Shown here piece after piece: positions 19,386 to 28,879 of a DNA stretch of 64,000 nt. The notes beneath the pieces are model-generated. The model saw only the letters and a program-made list of their open reading frames with translations, was not told where the DNA came from and made no database searches. A program made the translations under genes and the position numbers. The stretch lies in the IMG/VR virus record IMGVR_UViG_3300024520_000063, positions 1 to 64,000 of that record. One strand, given 5' to 3'. Origin of the DNA: a virus. Position 1 is the first letter of the stretch; each line of letters opens with the position of its first letter.

Positions 19386-20000
19386 ATGACTCAGAAAGTA
19401 ATCTCTCTGTGTGATCGCACAGGGAACATGGTTAAGCCATGGGCAGAGGCTGGATACGAATGCATCTGTGTTGATATCCAGCATTCCATCCGAAGGACAA
19501 AAGTCAAAGGCAACATCACCTATCAGTGGGGCGACGTCCGGTCGTGGTGGCCTTTTCCGGATTGGGATATTGCCATGGTGTTTGCAGCGCCACTTTGCAC
19601 GGACCTCTCGGTTTCAGGTGCTCAAGACTGGCCCAAGAAGGGCCTGACTCGCTTAATTGACGCCCTGACTATGGTTGAATGCTGTCGTCGCATCGGAGAG
19701 TTCAGCCGAGCACCATGGATGATCGAGAACCCGGTCGGAAGACTCTCGTCCTTGTGGAGCAAGCCGGACTACACGTTCCAGCCATGGAACTACGGAGATA
19801 TGTATCAGAAGAAGACCTGCCTCTGGACGAACGAGAAGTTTGTGATGCCAGAGTTTCAGATCACAGAAAAACCAGAGGAAGTCACTCAGGATATCTGGAC
19901 TATGTCCCCATCTGCTAACCGGGCCGATCTTCGGTCGGTCACTCCGATGGGATTCTCAAAAGCAGTATTCGAGGCCAATCATCGTATTAAGGCCTCGTGA
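19386..20000 (+). CDS. C5-cytosine DNA methyltransferase-like protein, N-terminal catalytic half only
   Basis: motif I-like ISLCDRTGNM, motif IV-like FAAPLCTDLSVSGA (cf GGPPCQGFSxAG), motif VI-like ENPVGRL; lacks TRD and motifs IX-X. Confidence 0.4.
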   Translation: MTQKVISLCDRTGNMVKPWAEAGYECICVDIQHSIRRTKVKGNITYQWGDVRSWWPFPDWDIAMVFAAPLCTDLSVSGAQDWPKKGLTRLIDALTMVECCRRIGEFSRAPWMIENPVGRLSSLWSKPDYTFQPWNYGDMYQKKTCLWTNEKFVMPEFQITEKPEEVTQDIWTMSPSANRADLRSVTPMGFSKAVFEANHRIKAS

Positions 20001-20038
20001 AGTATTGGCCCCCCAATAATCGCACAAGGAAACCAAAA

Positions 20039-20311
20039 ATGCTTGAAGCCGTCACTAAAGAAATCACCAATGAGGTTATGCGTAAAAGGCTAGAGTTCAC
20101 CAGGAAAGTCATTGAGTTTGCAAGACAGCATTGTCATATTCTGCACCCACATGACTTTTACGGGGTTTATGGATTCGGTACTAAGAGTGCCGACCTTGAA
20201 AAATACAAGTTCTTGGAAATCGGATCGTTTGTTCCAGTCTTGGCCGAAAAGGAAACGCGAGCCATTGTCTCGAAGATGCGAGAGCAGCTTAAACAGAAGG
20301 ACAGCGAATGA
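20039..20311 (+). CDS. hypothetical protein
   Basis: ORF 19997..20311, probable start MLEAVTKE. Confidence 0.4.
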   Translation: MLEAVTKEITNEVMRKRLEFTRKVIEFARQHCHILHPHDFYGVYGFGTKSADLEKYKFLEIGSFVPVLAEKETRAIVSKMREQLKQKDSE

Positions 20312-20481
20312 GCCTTGCCGTGATCATCGTGAGCGCGATTGCCGGACTCGCCATGACCGGCGGTCTGCGGCTGTTTGTGTGTGAGCTTGGGTATCACAAA
20401 TGGAAGCGTTTCAAGTACGGAAAAGAATGTTGCGTGTGCGCCAGGCGGAAATGGGACGAAATGGGAGAGATTTATGAATAA
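20308..20481 (+). CDS. small membrane protein
   Basis: 57-aa ORF (MSLAVIIVSAIAGLAMTGGLRLF...), ATGA overlap with upstream gene. Confidence 0.3.
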   Translation: MSLAVIIVSAIAGLAMTGGLRLFVCELGYHKWKRFKYGKECCVCARRKWDEMGEIYE

Positions 20482-20797
20482 ATGGCACTGGGCACGACAC
20501 GGGCGCGAGTGGCGACTGGAAGATCAGGACGGAAAGACCATCCTCAGATCAACCGGGCATGAAGTTCACATGGAGTGCTATTCGTGTCAGGAAGAAGTTC
20601 GGGGTGGACATCCAGAGACCTGGCTCTTAAATAGTGATGGAGACTTGGACCCTGAGTCGTCTGACGCCAAGCTGTTAGCACTGGCTCCAGAGATGCTTGC
20701 TCATCTGGAACTCTTGCTGTGCAGTGAAGCCGACGATGACGACCTACGCAATTCAATCCGTCGCATCACGGAGCGTGCCCATGGAAGGGCTACTTGA
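20474..20797 (+). CDS. hypothetical protein
   Basis: ORF 20375..20797; probable start MNKWHWARHG with RBS gggagag. Confidence 0.35.
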   Translation: MNKWHWARHGREWRLEDQDGKTILRSTGHEVHMECYSCQEEVRGGHPETWLLNSDGDLDPESSDAKLLALAPEMLAHLELLLCSEADDDDLRNSIRRITERAHGRAT

Positions 20798-20970
20798 CAC
20801 AATCGCCCGAAGGCTCGGACTGGACGACTGGGGCAAGACTGTCCGGTATGTCAACAGCACTGGGCACAAGGACGACGATCTCTATGACGCTGGCGAAATA
20901 CTCAAGGACCTTCGGGTCGTAATCAACGAACTCGATAAGCACTCACAAGACATAATGGATTGGTAACCAC

Positions 20971-21279
20971 ATGGATGTCATTAGAGAGAGCGAAGGAAAG
21001 CTCTTGTGTCCCACCTGCTCAAGCGATCAGGTACATCTTGGATTTGTCCAGGGAGAACAGCAGAAGTTCTCAACCAGAATCACAGGCAATCGGGTCGTGA
21101 CGCTCCCAATCCGGCTCCACGACAAGGATGGGTCCACCGTAGAGCTTAAGATGTGGTGCGAGAACGAGCATGAGTTCTCCTACTTTCTGGAGTGGGAGCA
21201 AGGCTCTGTTTATGTCGAGTGCAGCCAGGGTCGCCTCAGCAAAGAGAAGCCCGCACCGGAAATGTGGATCAGGCAGTAA
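20971..21279 (+). CDS. zinc-ribbon protein
   Basis: CPTCSSDQ ... C..NEHEF, 102 aa. Confidence 0.4.
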   Translation: MDVIRESEGKLLCPTCSSDQVHLGFVQGEQQKFSTRITGNRVVTLPIRLHDKDGSTVELKMWCENEHEFSYFLEWEQGSVYVECSQGRLSKEKPAPEMWIRQ

Positions 21280-21363
21280 TCAATTATCAGAATATTCATG
21301 TTTTTCTTAGCTGGGCGCTGGACTTATTCAAATTCAGTGGAATAATCATCGCACAAGAGGCGC

Positions 21364-22242
21364 ATGTCGCACCTCAACCCATCATCACAAGCAGGGATTA
21401 TCAGAATGACGATCACGTACTCTACGGAACAGGTTACACCAGAAATGGCCGCACGGTGGCTATCCGTCAACACAGGAAACCGCCCAGTATCGAAAGGGTC
21501 CGTGGCCAGGTTTGCCGCAGACATTAAAAACGATCGCTGGATGGAAACCGCCGACCCAATTAAGCTGGCTGAGGGGGAATCCCGTCTTGTTGATGGGCAG
21601 CATCGATGCCTTGCGATCGTAAGTGCCAAGAAGGCAATTACAACTGCTGTCGCTCGCGGAGTGTCTCCTGACACGTTCGTTGTTCAGGACTGCGGCAAGA
21701 AGCGAACCCCCGGAGACACGTTTCACGTTGCTGGGTTTGTAGACACGAACATACTTTCGTCTGCTGTACGAAAAGCCCTCATGCTTATGAGCGGCCTCGC
21801 CCCGAGACACAGCCACAGAAACATAATCTCGACCCATGAGCTTCTGGACTATATGGAAGAAAACAAGGATGCGTTCGAAGCCGCCATGCGAACCAAGCAT
21901 CGCATGGTTGGGATTATGCCTGCCAGCCTTTGTGTGGCCATGCGGTTTGTTCTCGGTATAATCGACGACGAGCGGGCCAGTATTTTCTTCGACACTCTGT
22001 CGACCGGCATTGGTCTTCAGGAAGGAAATTCTGTTTACACGCTTCGTGAGCGACTCCGGAAAATCATGTCCGAGCGAGGCACCCGTAAGCACGGAGACGA
22101 AACCTTGATTGCGCATATCACCATCAAGGCGTGGAACCACTTCGTTGCCGGGAATCGGTGTATGGTGCTGGGCGTTCGCCAGACAGAGCCGTTCCCGAGT
22201 CTTCTCGACCAGATTCCAGAGGAATTTCATCGCGTTGTATAG
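21364..22242 (+). CDS. DGQHR/ParB-like domain protein
   Basis: contains DGQHR motif (RLVDGQHRCLAIV) characteristic of ParB-like/DndB-like nuclease superfamily. Confidence 0.55.
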   Translation: MSHLNPSSQAGIIRMTITYSTEQVTPEMAARWLSVNTGNRPVSKGSVARFAADIKNDRWMETADPIKLAEGESRLVDGQHRCLAIVSAKKAITTAVARGVSPDTFVVQDCGKKRTPGDTFHVAGFVDTNILSSAVRKALMLMSGLAPRHSHRNIISTHELLDYMEENKDAFEAAMRTKHRMVGIMPASLCVAMRFVLGIIDDERASIFFDTLSTGIGLQEGNSVYTLRERLRKIMSERGTRKHGDETLIAHITIKAWNHFVAGNRCMVLGVRQTEPFPSLLDQIPEEFHRVV

Positions 22243-22449
22243 CAGTTGGTTTCGGTTCCGTGATGGTGCCTTCTGAGTGGCACAGCTCACTGGCACAATC
22301 TAAAACCGACGACATCCGGGAGAGACCGGTCGGTGAGTGCAGAGTGCCGGGTCCGTAGACGCCAAACCTGCACATGCCTGATAACCTCCTACAGGCCCCG
22401 TCCCGTGGCGGGATATCCACGGGACTTTTCGACACACAAAGGGATAATC

Positions 22450-22656
22450 ATGCCAGGAATCAGCGAGCTATGGACGATTGGGAAAGCCGCACGAGAGCTT
22501 AAAACGTCCTACGGAAGGATCGAGGCCCACGTCAAGTCTGGAAGGATTCCTCATGTTGTATTGGGATCTGGACAGGTACTGGTGACGCTTCAGGGCGTGC
22601 AGGACTACCTGGACAATCCAGTTTCTCGGGGAAGAAAAACTCAAACACAAGGATAG
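22450..22656 (+). CDS. excisionase/MerR-like helix-turn-helix protein
   Basis: MPGISELWTIGKAARELKTSYGRIEAHVKSGRIPHVVLG resembles Xis/HTH_17 DNA-binding domain; followed by conserved terminator hairpin. Confidence 0.5.
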   Translation: MPGISELWTIGKAARELKTSYGRIEAHVKSGRIPHVVLGSGQVLVTLQGVQDYLDNPVSRGRKTQTQG

Positions 22657-22664
22657 CGCCAGCC

Positions 22665-22682
22665 TTGGCGCTGATCAGAGAG
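22665..22682 (+). terminator. conserved hairpin AGCGCCA-GCCT-TGGCGCT
   Basis: direct reading just after stop of 22450 gene. Confidence 0.5.
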
Positions 22683-22691
22683 GAGAAATAA

Positions 22692-23309
22692 ATGGCGTCA
22701 AACTACCCGTACAGTTCTAAGACTTATTATTTCGAAGAAGGATACATGTCCAATCCGTCCTATTGGACTGGGGACTGGGCCGTGGGCGATACAGGCGGGA
22801 ACCAGGCCGAGTCTACTCCGCCACCCTATGCGAGTGTGCCCACAAGCCCCAAAGAACGGCCTGTTGTTCTGCCTCCAATGATCCGGGACAGGCTGATCTC
22901 GGGCGAAACTCCCAACCTTCTGTCACTCCCGACATCCCTGTGTACGGGTTGGAAAAAGGGCGATTTCGTCTTTCTCTGTGAGCCCATGATCTTCATTGAT
23001 GATGAACTCTGTTATGCCTCAGACAAAAGCATAGTTCCGGAACACGACATCCTTCGAGGTGAATCCGCATGGGTTGGTGCTGGCGTGATGAACAGGAAGT
23101 CAGCCCGATACTGGTTCAGAACAGAGTCGGCAGAGGATTGCGAGTTAAGTTCAATGTCCGAGACTCAGTTCCGTGAACAAGGCTTCGCAGACAGGCAGGA
23201 GTTCGTTAAGTTCTTCATGGATCTGCGAGAGCTTAATCTCAGGTCGTATTCCAGAATCAAGACATTCGAACTCGTTCCGTGTGAAAAGCCAGAGGTGTCC
23301 ACATGCTAA
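22692..23309 (+). CDS. hypothetical protein
   Basis: 205-aa ORF with RBS gagaggag. Confidence 0.5.
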   Translation: MASNYPYSSKTYYFEEGYMSNPSYWTGDWAVGDTGGNQAESTPPPYASVPTSPKERPVVLPPMIRDRLISGETPNLLSLPTSLCTGWKKGDFVFLCEPMIFIDDELCYASDKSIVPEHDILRGESAWVGAGVMNRKSARYWFRTESAEDCELSSMSETQFREQGFADRQEFVKFFMDLRELNLRSYSRIKTFELVPCEKPEVSTC

Positions 23310-23899
23310 TGGGCTTGGGAACGGGACGCTGTGGGACCAAGAGCCTGGCTGTTCAGCTCGGCGGACTACATGAGCCAAAGCCTTGGCTTAAAGAAGAGCC
23401 TGTCCAATACAAGTGCGACAGGAATATGGACGTTCGAGATTCCCTACTGGAAAACCTGAAGGCAAGGTCCGAGTTACCAGTTCCAATCATCGTTGATCTG
23501 AAGCACAGCTATGTGATCGACCTTATCTGTGAAGTTGATCCGGAAGCAGAGTTTATCTGGATGCTCAGAGACCCTGTTGATTGTATCTCTTCGCTGTTGA
23601 ATGGCGGGGCATGGACTAAAACAGACTGGCATGGAGCCAGAAAGTGGAGGCCGTTCGGAGGATGGAAAGATGACGTGCCACGAGAGATGCGAGTCGTTCG
23701 CTATTGGATTGAGATAAACAAGATGATTGAGAAGTCTCTCATGGAAGCTGGTAAGGGTATCGAGATTTACCCGACTGAGTCACTCACAGCCAAAGAGAAC
23801 GTGTACTCCAAAAGAGACCGTATCGGGGGCGATCTGCTGAAGATTGTTCACGAAATGTGCGGCCCACTCTACAAGCAATGGATCAGAGACTACGTATGA
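23303..23899 (+). CDS. hypothetical P-loop/sulfotransferase-like protein
   Basis: N-terminal GLGTGRCGTKSLA resembles PAPS-binding 5'-PSB loop; weak. Confidence 0.35.
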   Translation: MLMGLGTGRCGTKSLAVQLGGLHEPKPWLKEEPVQYKCDRNMDVRDSLLENLKARSELPVPIIVDLKHSYVIDLICEVDPEAEFIWMLRDPVDCISSLLNGGAWTKTDWHGARKWRPFGGWKDDVPREMRVVRYWIEINKMIEKSLMEAGKGIEIYPTESLTAKENVYSKRDRIGGDLLKIVHEMCGPLYKQWIRDYV

Positions 23900-24138
23900 G
23901 AAAGCCAAAAGACGAGCGGCCCATAAGTGAAACTGCCCAGGGAGTCATGGTGCATCTGGGAGAGCATGGGCCAACTCCGCTTAGCGTGCTGTGTAGCACA
24001 TTCAATGTGGCGACCGGCAAAATGGTAATACTGTTGGACGAAGAGCTTAATCTCTGTAAGAGGGGCAGGGTTATTACAGAGGGGACGACCGAATCCGTTT
24101 ACGCCCTGCAAAAGGCCCCGCCCAATCCATTCAGATGA
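23896..24138 (+). CDS. hypothetical (possible winged-helix) protein
   Basis: ATGA overlap with upstream gene; 80 aa. Confidence 0.4.
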   Translation: MRKPKDERPISETAQGVMVHLGEHGPTPLSVLCSTFNVATGKMVILLDEELNLCKRGRVITEGTTESVYALQKAPPNPFR

Positions 24139-24317
24139 ACAAGAATCAGTACAACAACTTCCTTACTGTTGTGGCCAGGCCGCTTCTAGCTGTCGGCTTA
24201 GTAGTCCTGATGGCGTCGTACTGGAATGAACCAACCCCGATACACTGGGGTATGCTGCTTCTGGCCGTCAGCTTAATCGCAACTGTCTTGTTTACGGGGT
24301 GTCTGAATGAAGATTGA
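24135..24317 (+). CDS. small membrane protein
   Basis: 60 aa, two hydrophobic helices. Confidence 0.4.
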   Translation: MNKNQYNNFLTVVARPLLAVGLVVLMASYWNEPTPIHWGMLLLAVSLIATVLFTGCLNED

Positions 24318-24612
24318 AAGGGAGCTTAAGCTTCACGAAATACGATCAATGCTGGAAACGTACATCTACGCCGAGCTGTACCAGTATTTCGATCACGGAA
24401 TGGACCTCGAACAGTGTGCCGCAGAGGGTGCGGACATTCCAGAACTCACTGATGACAATATCTACTCAGAGATTAAAGAACGGATCGAATACACACTTGA
24501 CGAGTTCTTCGACGAAGGGTGGCCCAATGGGGGAATTCCGCACGGACTATCCAGGCAAGTGATCGACTGGGTCGACAAAGCAATGAAACTGTATATCAGG
24601 AACTCTAAATAA
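24307..24612 (+). CDS. hypothetical protein
   Basis: 101-aa acidic ORF. Confidence 0.45.
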   Translation: MKIERELKLHEIRSMLETYIYAELYQYFDHGMDLEQCAAEGADIPELTDDNIYSEIKERIEYTLDEFFDEGWPNGGIPHGLSRQVIDWVDKAMKLYIRNSK

Positions 24613-24624
24613 TCAGGACCGCAC

Positions 24625-24855
24625 ATGCCCAACTACTGTACCGTCCCAAGCCACGAGAGGTTCCGTGGTGTATCCAACGCAATCGGCACATGCTTGGCTT
24701 GCGAGCTGGAGAAAACGTCCAGACTCTTGAAGCTTCATCAGGAGCTTCTCCGCAGAACGCATCTCTGCTGCGAAGATCTCCATCACGAGAAGAGTGAGTA
24801 TCACACCGGACTCGACTGCCCCGTAATAAAGAAGTTCGAGGAGATTGTCCCGTGA
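24625..24855 (+). CDS. Cys-containing small protein
   Basis: 76 aa; CxxxE...C pairs. Confidence 0.4.
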   Translation: MPNYCTVPSHERFRGVSNAIGTCLACELEKTSRLLKLHQELLRRTHLCCEDLHHEKSEYHTGLDCPVIKKFEEIVP

Positions 24856-25067
24856 GCAGTAAAGAGTTAATGGTCGTGTGTTGTCACAGCAATCAATCAG
24901 ACATATGTAAATGTCATGTTTGTGACAGTCCATACACGGTGTCATGCAATCCAATAATCAATCATTTCGGGCAGAGACTCAAGATTTCTGTCTGTGAGGC
25001 GTGTATTAGGGCTGCAGTGGCCAATATAGACTCCCTTAAAGAAGGCAAATGGGAGACTGTCCCGTGA
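24852..25067 (+). CDS. Cys-rich zinc-binding small protein
   Basis: 71 aa, CC..C.C.VC...C...CEAC. Confidence 0.4.
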   Translation: MSSKELMVVCCHSNQSDICKCHVCDSPYTVSCNPIINHFGQRLKISVCEACIRAAVANIDSLKEGKWETVP

Positions 25068-25291
25068 GCATGAACGAGAAAGCACTTAGGGAGCGAGAGA
25101 CAGAACACTTTCTCTGTCTAGGGCTCACCATTGGAATGGCGATTGGAGGGTTGCTGGGAGCATGGGCAGCAACCAGCATCACAAATCACCGCTGGGAGAA
25201 AATGCTCTCAACAAATGTTCCGGAAGACGAAGCAGGGGGCGAAATCACTCATGAACGCCTCAATCACTTTGGCACCATGAGGGTGAAGTGA
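25049..25291 (+). CDS. membrane protein
   Basis: 80 aa with hydrophobic helix LGLTIGMAIGGLLGAWAA. Confidence 0.4.
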   Translation: MGDCPVSMNEKALRERETEHFLCLGLTIGMAIGGLLGAWAATSITNHRWEKMLSTNVPEDEAGGEITHERLNHFGTMRVK

Positions 25292-25726
25292 CTTTCGGAC
25301 AGCAGACTTGAGCAATTTGTCGATTTTGTCCTGATTTCCCTTCAATTCGTCGTAATTATGGCTCAAAACGACTGTTTTTACCCCTAATTGAGCCACATCT
25401 GATACTGTTTCTTCCAGATCGAAGGTCTCTACGAGTGCTTTTTCTATGTCTGATACCTCGTAAACCACTGTTACAGACACAGTTACAGTCCTGCCATCGT
25501 CCGTGGTCAATACCTGAGGCGACAGATCAAGCGTCTGTCTCTTGATGGGATATCGAACTGGCTCCGACCAGATGGGCCAGTAGATATGCATTCCGGGCTC
25601 CAGAACCTTAGTTTTTCCTCTCTTGAAGAGTACACAGCCCAGATTGAACTGAACATGCAGCAATCTGGGCAAAACAAGGCCCATATTGTGGATAATGCTG
25701 GAAATCCAGCCAAATGCACCTTCCAT
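25208..25726 (-). CDS. SPFH/band-7 domain protein
   Basis: LTTDDGRTVTVSVTVVYEVSDIEKALVETFDLEE... pattern typical of SPFH (HflC/stomatin-like) domain. Confidence 0.5.
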   Translation of the reverse strand: MEGAFGWISSIIHNMGLVLPRLLHVQFNLGCVLFKRGKTKVLEPGMHIYWPIWSEPVRYPIKRQTLDLSPQVLTTDDGRTVTVSVTVVYEVSDIEKALVETFDLEETVSDVAQLGVKTVVLSHNYDELKGNQDKIDKLLKSAVRKSLHPHGAKVIEAFMSDFAPCFVFRNIC

Positions 25727-25928
25727 AGTGATCTCCTTTCAGGAGCCAGAATATCAGGCCCAAGAGTAACGAGAATCACAGATAATGTCCCTGCCTGTAT
25801 CTGGGAAGGACTCACATTACGAACGACCGAATTCAGCAGGCGGCGAAAAAAGATATCCCTAAGTAGCTCGGCGTAGTTTCGCCGCTCTGCTGCAATGCCT
25901 TGTTGGGTTGCCTTCCTGGTTTACATGG

Positions 25929-26324
25929 CTACTTCCTATGAAGATATTTAAGCACTTTCTTGGCCGCTTTTTGAACTTCTGTGGGATCGTCGCAGACAAT
26001 TCCGCCATGGCCATCTTCGTGACAGGGTGCCTGGGCTTCTGCCTGGTAGTATTTCTTTATGGCATGCCGGAATGCCCTGCATGCCAAAGTGCCCATTCTT
26101 TCGCTGATTCGATCGATAGCGGCGTCAGATGGTCCGAGTCCGATAGGATTGTGGCTTCTAATAATGGCCTGGAAGGTCGCCCGCAGGGGATCGGCGAGTT
26201 CATTGAATTCGTTGCGCCTGTCACGAACGACCGAGAATTTATGGTCGATAAAGGCCCCAGCCAAAGCGCCCACAACAAGCGAGCCAGCACTGGTCGCAAT
26301 CAAGTGCAGGATAGTGATTGTCAC
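25929..26324 (-). CDS. hypothetical protein
   Basis: 131-aa minus ORF preferred over overlapping 198-aa plus ORF on sequence plausibility. Confidence 0.3.
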   Translation of the reverse strand: MTITILHLIATSAGSLVVGALAGAFIDHKFSVVRDRRNEFNELADPLRATFQAIIRSHNPIGLGPSDAAIDRISERMGTLACRAFRHAIKKYYQAEAQAPCHEDGHGGIVCDDPTEVQKAAKKVLKYLHRK

Positions 26325-26921
26325 TACTGGTGCCGCCTCGCGATTTTATGTTTATGTTCAGCTTATATTAGCACTGTTGTCAGAACAGAGCTGCGGTTTC
26401 GAAGAGAGCGGATGCATATGCCAGGACTGTCCATGTCGCCGCAACCTAACAACCAAGCTAACGGGGCGGCGACTGGCGATTCGGAAGAACAGAAACAGCC
26501 TTAATCCGCCGCTCGCGTTGGGCGGTTTGTTGGTGAGGACTCGCATGACAATAGAATTTGACACGGTGACGCGCAGCCACTGCCAGCTCGTTCACTGCCA
26601 CTGTGGCGGGTGCGGATTTCCAATCGGCATGGACGGCTCATGTGGTTGTGTAGAATTAAACCACCCCATCGGCCAAATTCAGACAAGCAACCTGAGCATG
26701 GCCCGGCTGGCGTCCAACTATGCCATGATGAGGCTGGCTGATTACGGACATATGGACTCTGTAAGTGCTGTCAGGGCAATTCTGGACGGCGAACCTTTCA
26801 TGACTGGAGTTGCTAGAGGACGAGAAGGTTTATTTCTTTGAGCCTTTGGAAAAGGAAATATCTATTGAGGATATGCAGAAGATTGTGGACGCAAACGAGA
26901 AATTAGTTAAGGAGTTGAAAG

Positions 26922-27671
26922 ATGGAGATAAATAAAATTTACAACGAAAATTGTCTTGATACGATGGCAAAAATGCCTGATTGCTTTGTGGATTTAACGG
27001 TTACTTCACCGCCTTATGATAATTTGAGAGATTACAAAGGGTTTGATTTTGATTGGAAAACTATAATAAAAGAACTTTATAGGGTAACAAAAGAGGGTGG
27101 TGTAGTAGTTTGGGTTGTTGGTGATGCAACAATTAAAGGAAGTGAAACGGGAACATCTTTTAAGCAAGCATTACACGCTATTGATTGTGGTTTTCGTTTG
27201 CACGATACAATGATTTACTCAAAAGCAAGTCAGCCAAGACAAAACGGGCATAGGTATGAACAGCAATTTGAATATATGTTTGTGTTTAGTAAAGGGAAAG
27301 TTAAAATAAAAAACATTATAAAAGAACCATCTAAAAATGCAGGAAAGGTTGTCAAAAGGACTTGTAGAGATAGTGGAAAAGATGAACTAAAAAGTAGTAA
27401 AAATATTGTTTCAGACTTAAAAACAAAAGGGAATGTGTGGTTTTACGGAACTAAAAAAAACGACACAAAACACCCTGCTGTATTTCCTAAACAATTAGCA
27501 AACGACCATATCATAAGTTGGAGCAATGAAAACGATTTAATCTACGACCCATTTTTGGGAAGTGGAACAACGGCTAAAATGGCGTTACTAAACAATCGAA
27601 AATTTGTCGGGAGTGAAATATCAAAAGAGTATTGCGAAATTGCAGAGAAGCGAATCAATGAAAATCTATAA
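26922..27671 (+). CDS. beta-class amino-DNA methyltransferase (orphan), AT-rich codon usage
   Basis: SPPYDNLRDY (motif IV) then DPFLGSGTT (motif I); paralog of 16217 MTase but with strongly AT-biased codons. Confidence 0.8.
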   Translation: MEINKIYNENCLDTMAKMPDCFVDLTVTSPPYDNLRDYKGFDFDWKTIIKELYRVTKEGGVVVWVVGDATIKGSETGTSFKQALHAIDCGFRLHDTMIYSKASQPRQNGHRYEQQFEYMFVFSKGKVKIKNIIKEPSKNAGKVVKRTCRDSGKDELKSSKNIVSDLKTKGNVWFYGTKKNDTKHPAVFPKQLANDHIISWSNENDLIYDPFLGSGTTAKMALLNNRKFVGSEISKEYCEIAEKRINENL

Positions 27672-27930
27672 AATCACAGACGCAAGCGATTATCTTGGAG
27701 TGTCTATAAACACCCTCAAGACGCTTGCCAACAACGGAAAGATAAAATCTTTCAAGACTACTGGTGAGCATAGGCGTTTTCGTCAGGAAGATTTAGACGC
27801 TTATATGGGAGTCGAGAAAGAGAAGAAAGAAAAGCTGACTGTGATTTATGCCCGTTGCTCTACTGCTCGAGAGACCAGCTCTTCCATTTCCATGACTGAC
27901 TGGGTTTGGGCACCTCTGTCAGCGTTCTGA
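27658..27930 (+). pseudogene. truncated IS607-like serine recombinase (MerR-like HTH + start of catalytic domain)
   Basis: HTH (YLGVSINTLKTLANNGKIKSFKTTGEHRRFRQEDL) followed by VIYARCST (cf serine recombinase IYARVS catalytic motif) then divergence and stop. Confidence 0.45.
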
Positions 27931-28459
27931 TTTCGCTCGGGTCCCATATATGGGATGCATCAAACCCTTCGTATTCGTAGTCGTACCATGTGGATTGCGC
28001 CGCCCAAAGTCTGATATTCAGCTTTTTGCGGCGCTCTTCCATTTGCTCGGCGTAGAATTCATCAGCGATATCTTCCAGTAGTTCAGTCCACGCCGGGGAC
28101 TCTCTCATTGCCTCATTCTGGGGGAGCGTCTGCCATACATCCCGGCCCAGCCGGTACTGAGGGTAAGCTCCGAGGCGAGTACTCTGGTAATCGTGCCATC
28201 TGACCCGGAAGAATGACAGAATCCGGAGTCTCCTGGCCTCCAGCTCGCAGCATTTCAGGAGCACGTCAGGATTCAGCCTGTGCTTACGGGGAATCCTGCG
28301 GAACCACGAGATGGACAACTCGCGATACAGGACCATCGAAGAAACATCTCGTTCGTCGACAGCGATATGCAGCTCGCGGCGTCTCTCTGGAACTGGACGG
28401 AACGGTTGCTCGTAGAAAGTCTCAACCGTCATCCACATTGTGAGGCAATAGACAAGCAT
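27860..28459 (-). CDS. hypothetical protein
   Basis: 199-aa ORF. Confidence 0.45.
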   Translation of the reverse strand: MLVYCLTMWMTVETFYEQPFRPVPERRRELHIAVDERDVSSMVLYRELSISWFRRIPRKHRLNPDVLLKCCELEARRLRILSFFRVRWHDYQSTRLGAYPQYRLGRDVWQTLPQNEAMRESPAWTELLEDIADEFYAEQMEERRKKLNIRLWAAQSTWYDYEYEGFDASHIWDPSEIRTLTEVPKPSQSWKWKSWSLEQ

Positions 28460-28494
28460 CCAGATATTATATGCGACACCGGCCAGTCCGAGCG

Positions 28495-28665
28495 CTAATT
28501 CTGGATAGTTTTGTCCATCACTCCGAACGCATCCCTGATCATCTCGATCGTAATATCGTCATTCGAGAGCTTGGCGTTCGCGTAAGCAAACTGAATCGCT
28601 TCCTCCAGAGCCTCTTCTGGGGTAATGCCCCTCATCTCTGCCAATTGCTTAAACAGCTCACTCAT
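28495..28665 (-). CDS. hypothetical small protein
   Basis: start MSELFKQLAEMRG inside ORF 28495..28779. Confidence 0.35.
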   Translation of the reverse strand: MSELFKQLAEMRGITPEEALEEAIQFAYANAKLSNDDITIEMIRDAFGVMDKTIQN

Positions 28666-28879
28666 CAGGGGCCTCCACGGCAGAGAGATCAGAGAGCATT
28701 CCCATCTGCCTGCCCTTGCTGTTAATGAGGGCCGTGTCGGCGCTTGTGAGCTGCACCATGCTGTCGTCAACGACCTCAACAGAGATGAGGTGAGTGTTGA
28801 GGGTGTAGGGATTTCCCATTACGACATCAGCGCCAGCCTTGGCACCCTTAAGGATGTGCATCAGCTCAAATACTTTCAT
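28658..28879 (-). CDS. hypothetical small protein
   Basis: 73-aa ORF. Confidence 0.35.
   Translation of the reverse strand: MKVFELMHILKGAKAGADVVMGNPYTLNTHLISVEVVDDSMVQLTSADTALINSKGRQMGMLSDLSAVEAPDE

Larger units (their letters stand above)
26830..27930 (+). mobile_element. AT-rich horizontally acquired islet (MTase + recombinase remnant)
   Basis: abrupt drop in GC relative to flanks; includes 3' fragment of an upstream ORF (…EKLVKELKDGDK*), MTase and truncated recombinase. Confidence 0.45.

Noticed and set aside
25908-26504. 198-aa plus-strand ORF
   Set aside because: Overlaps a more protein-like minus-strand ORF (25929..26324) in a minus-strand transcriptional context; sequence looks low-complexity.
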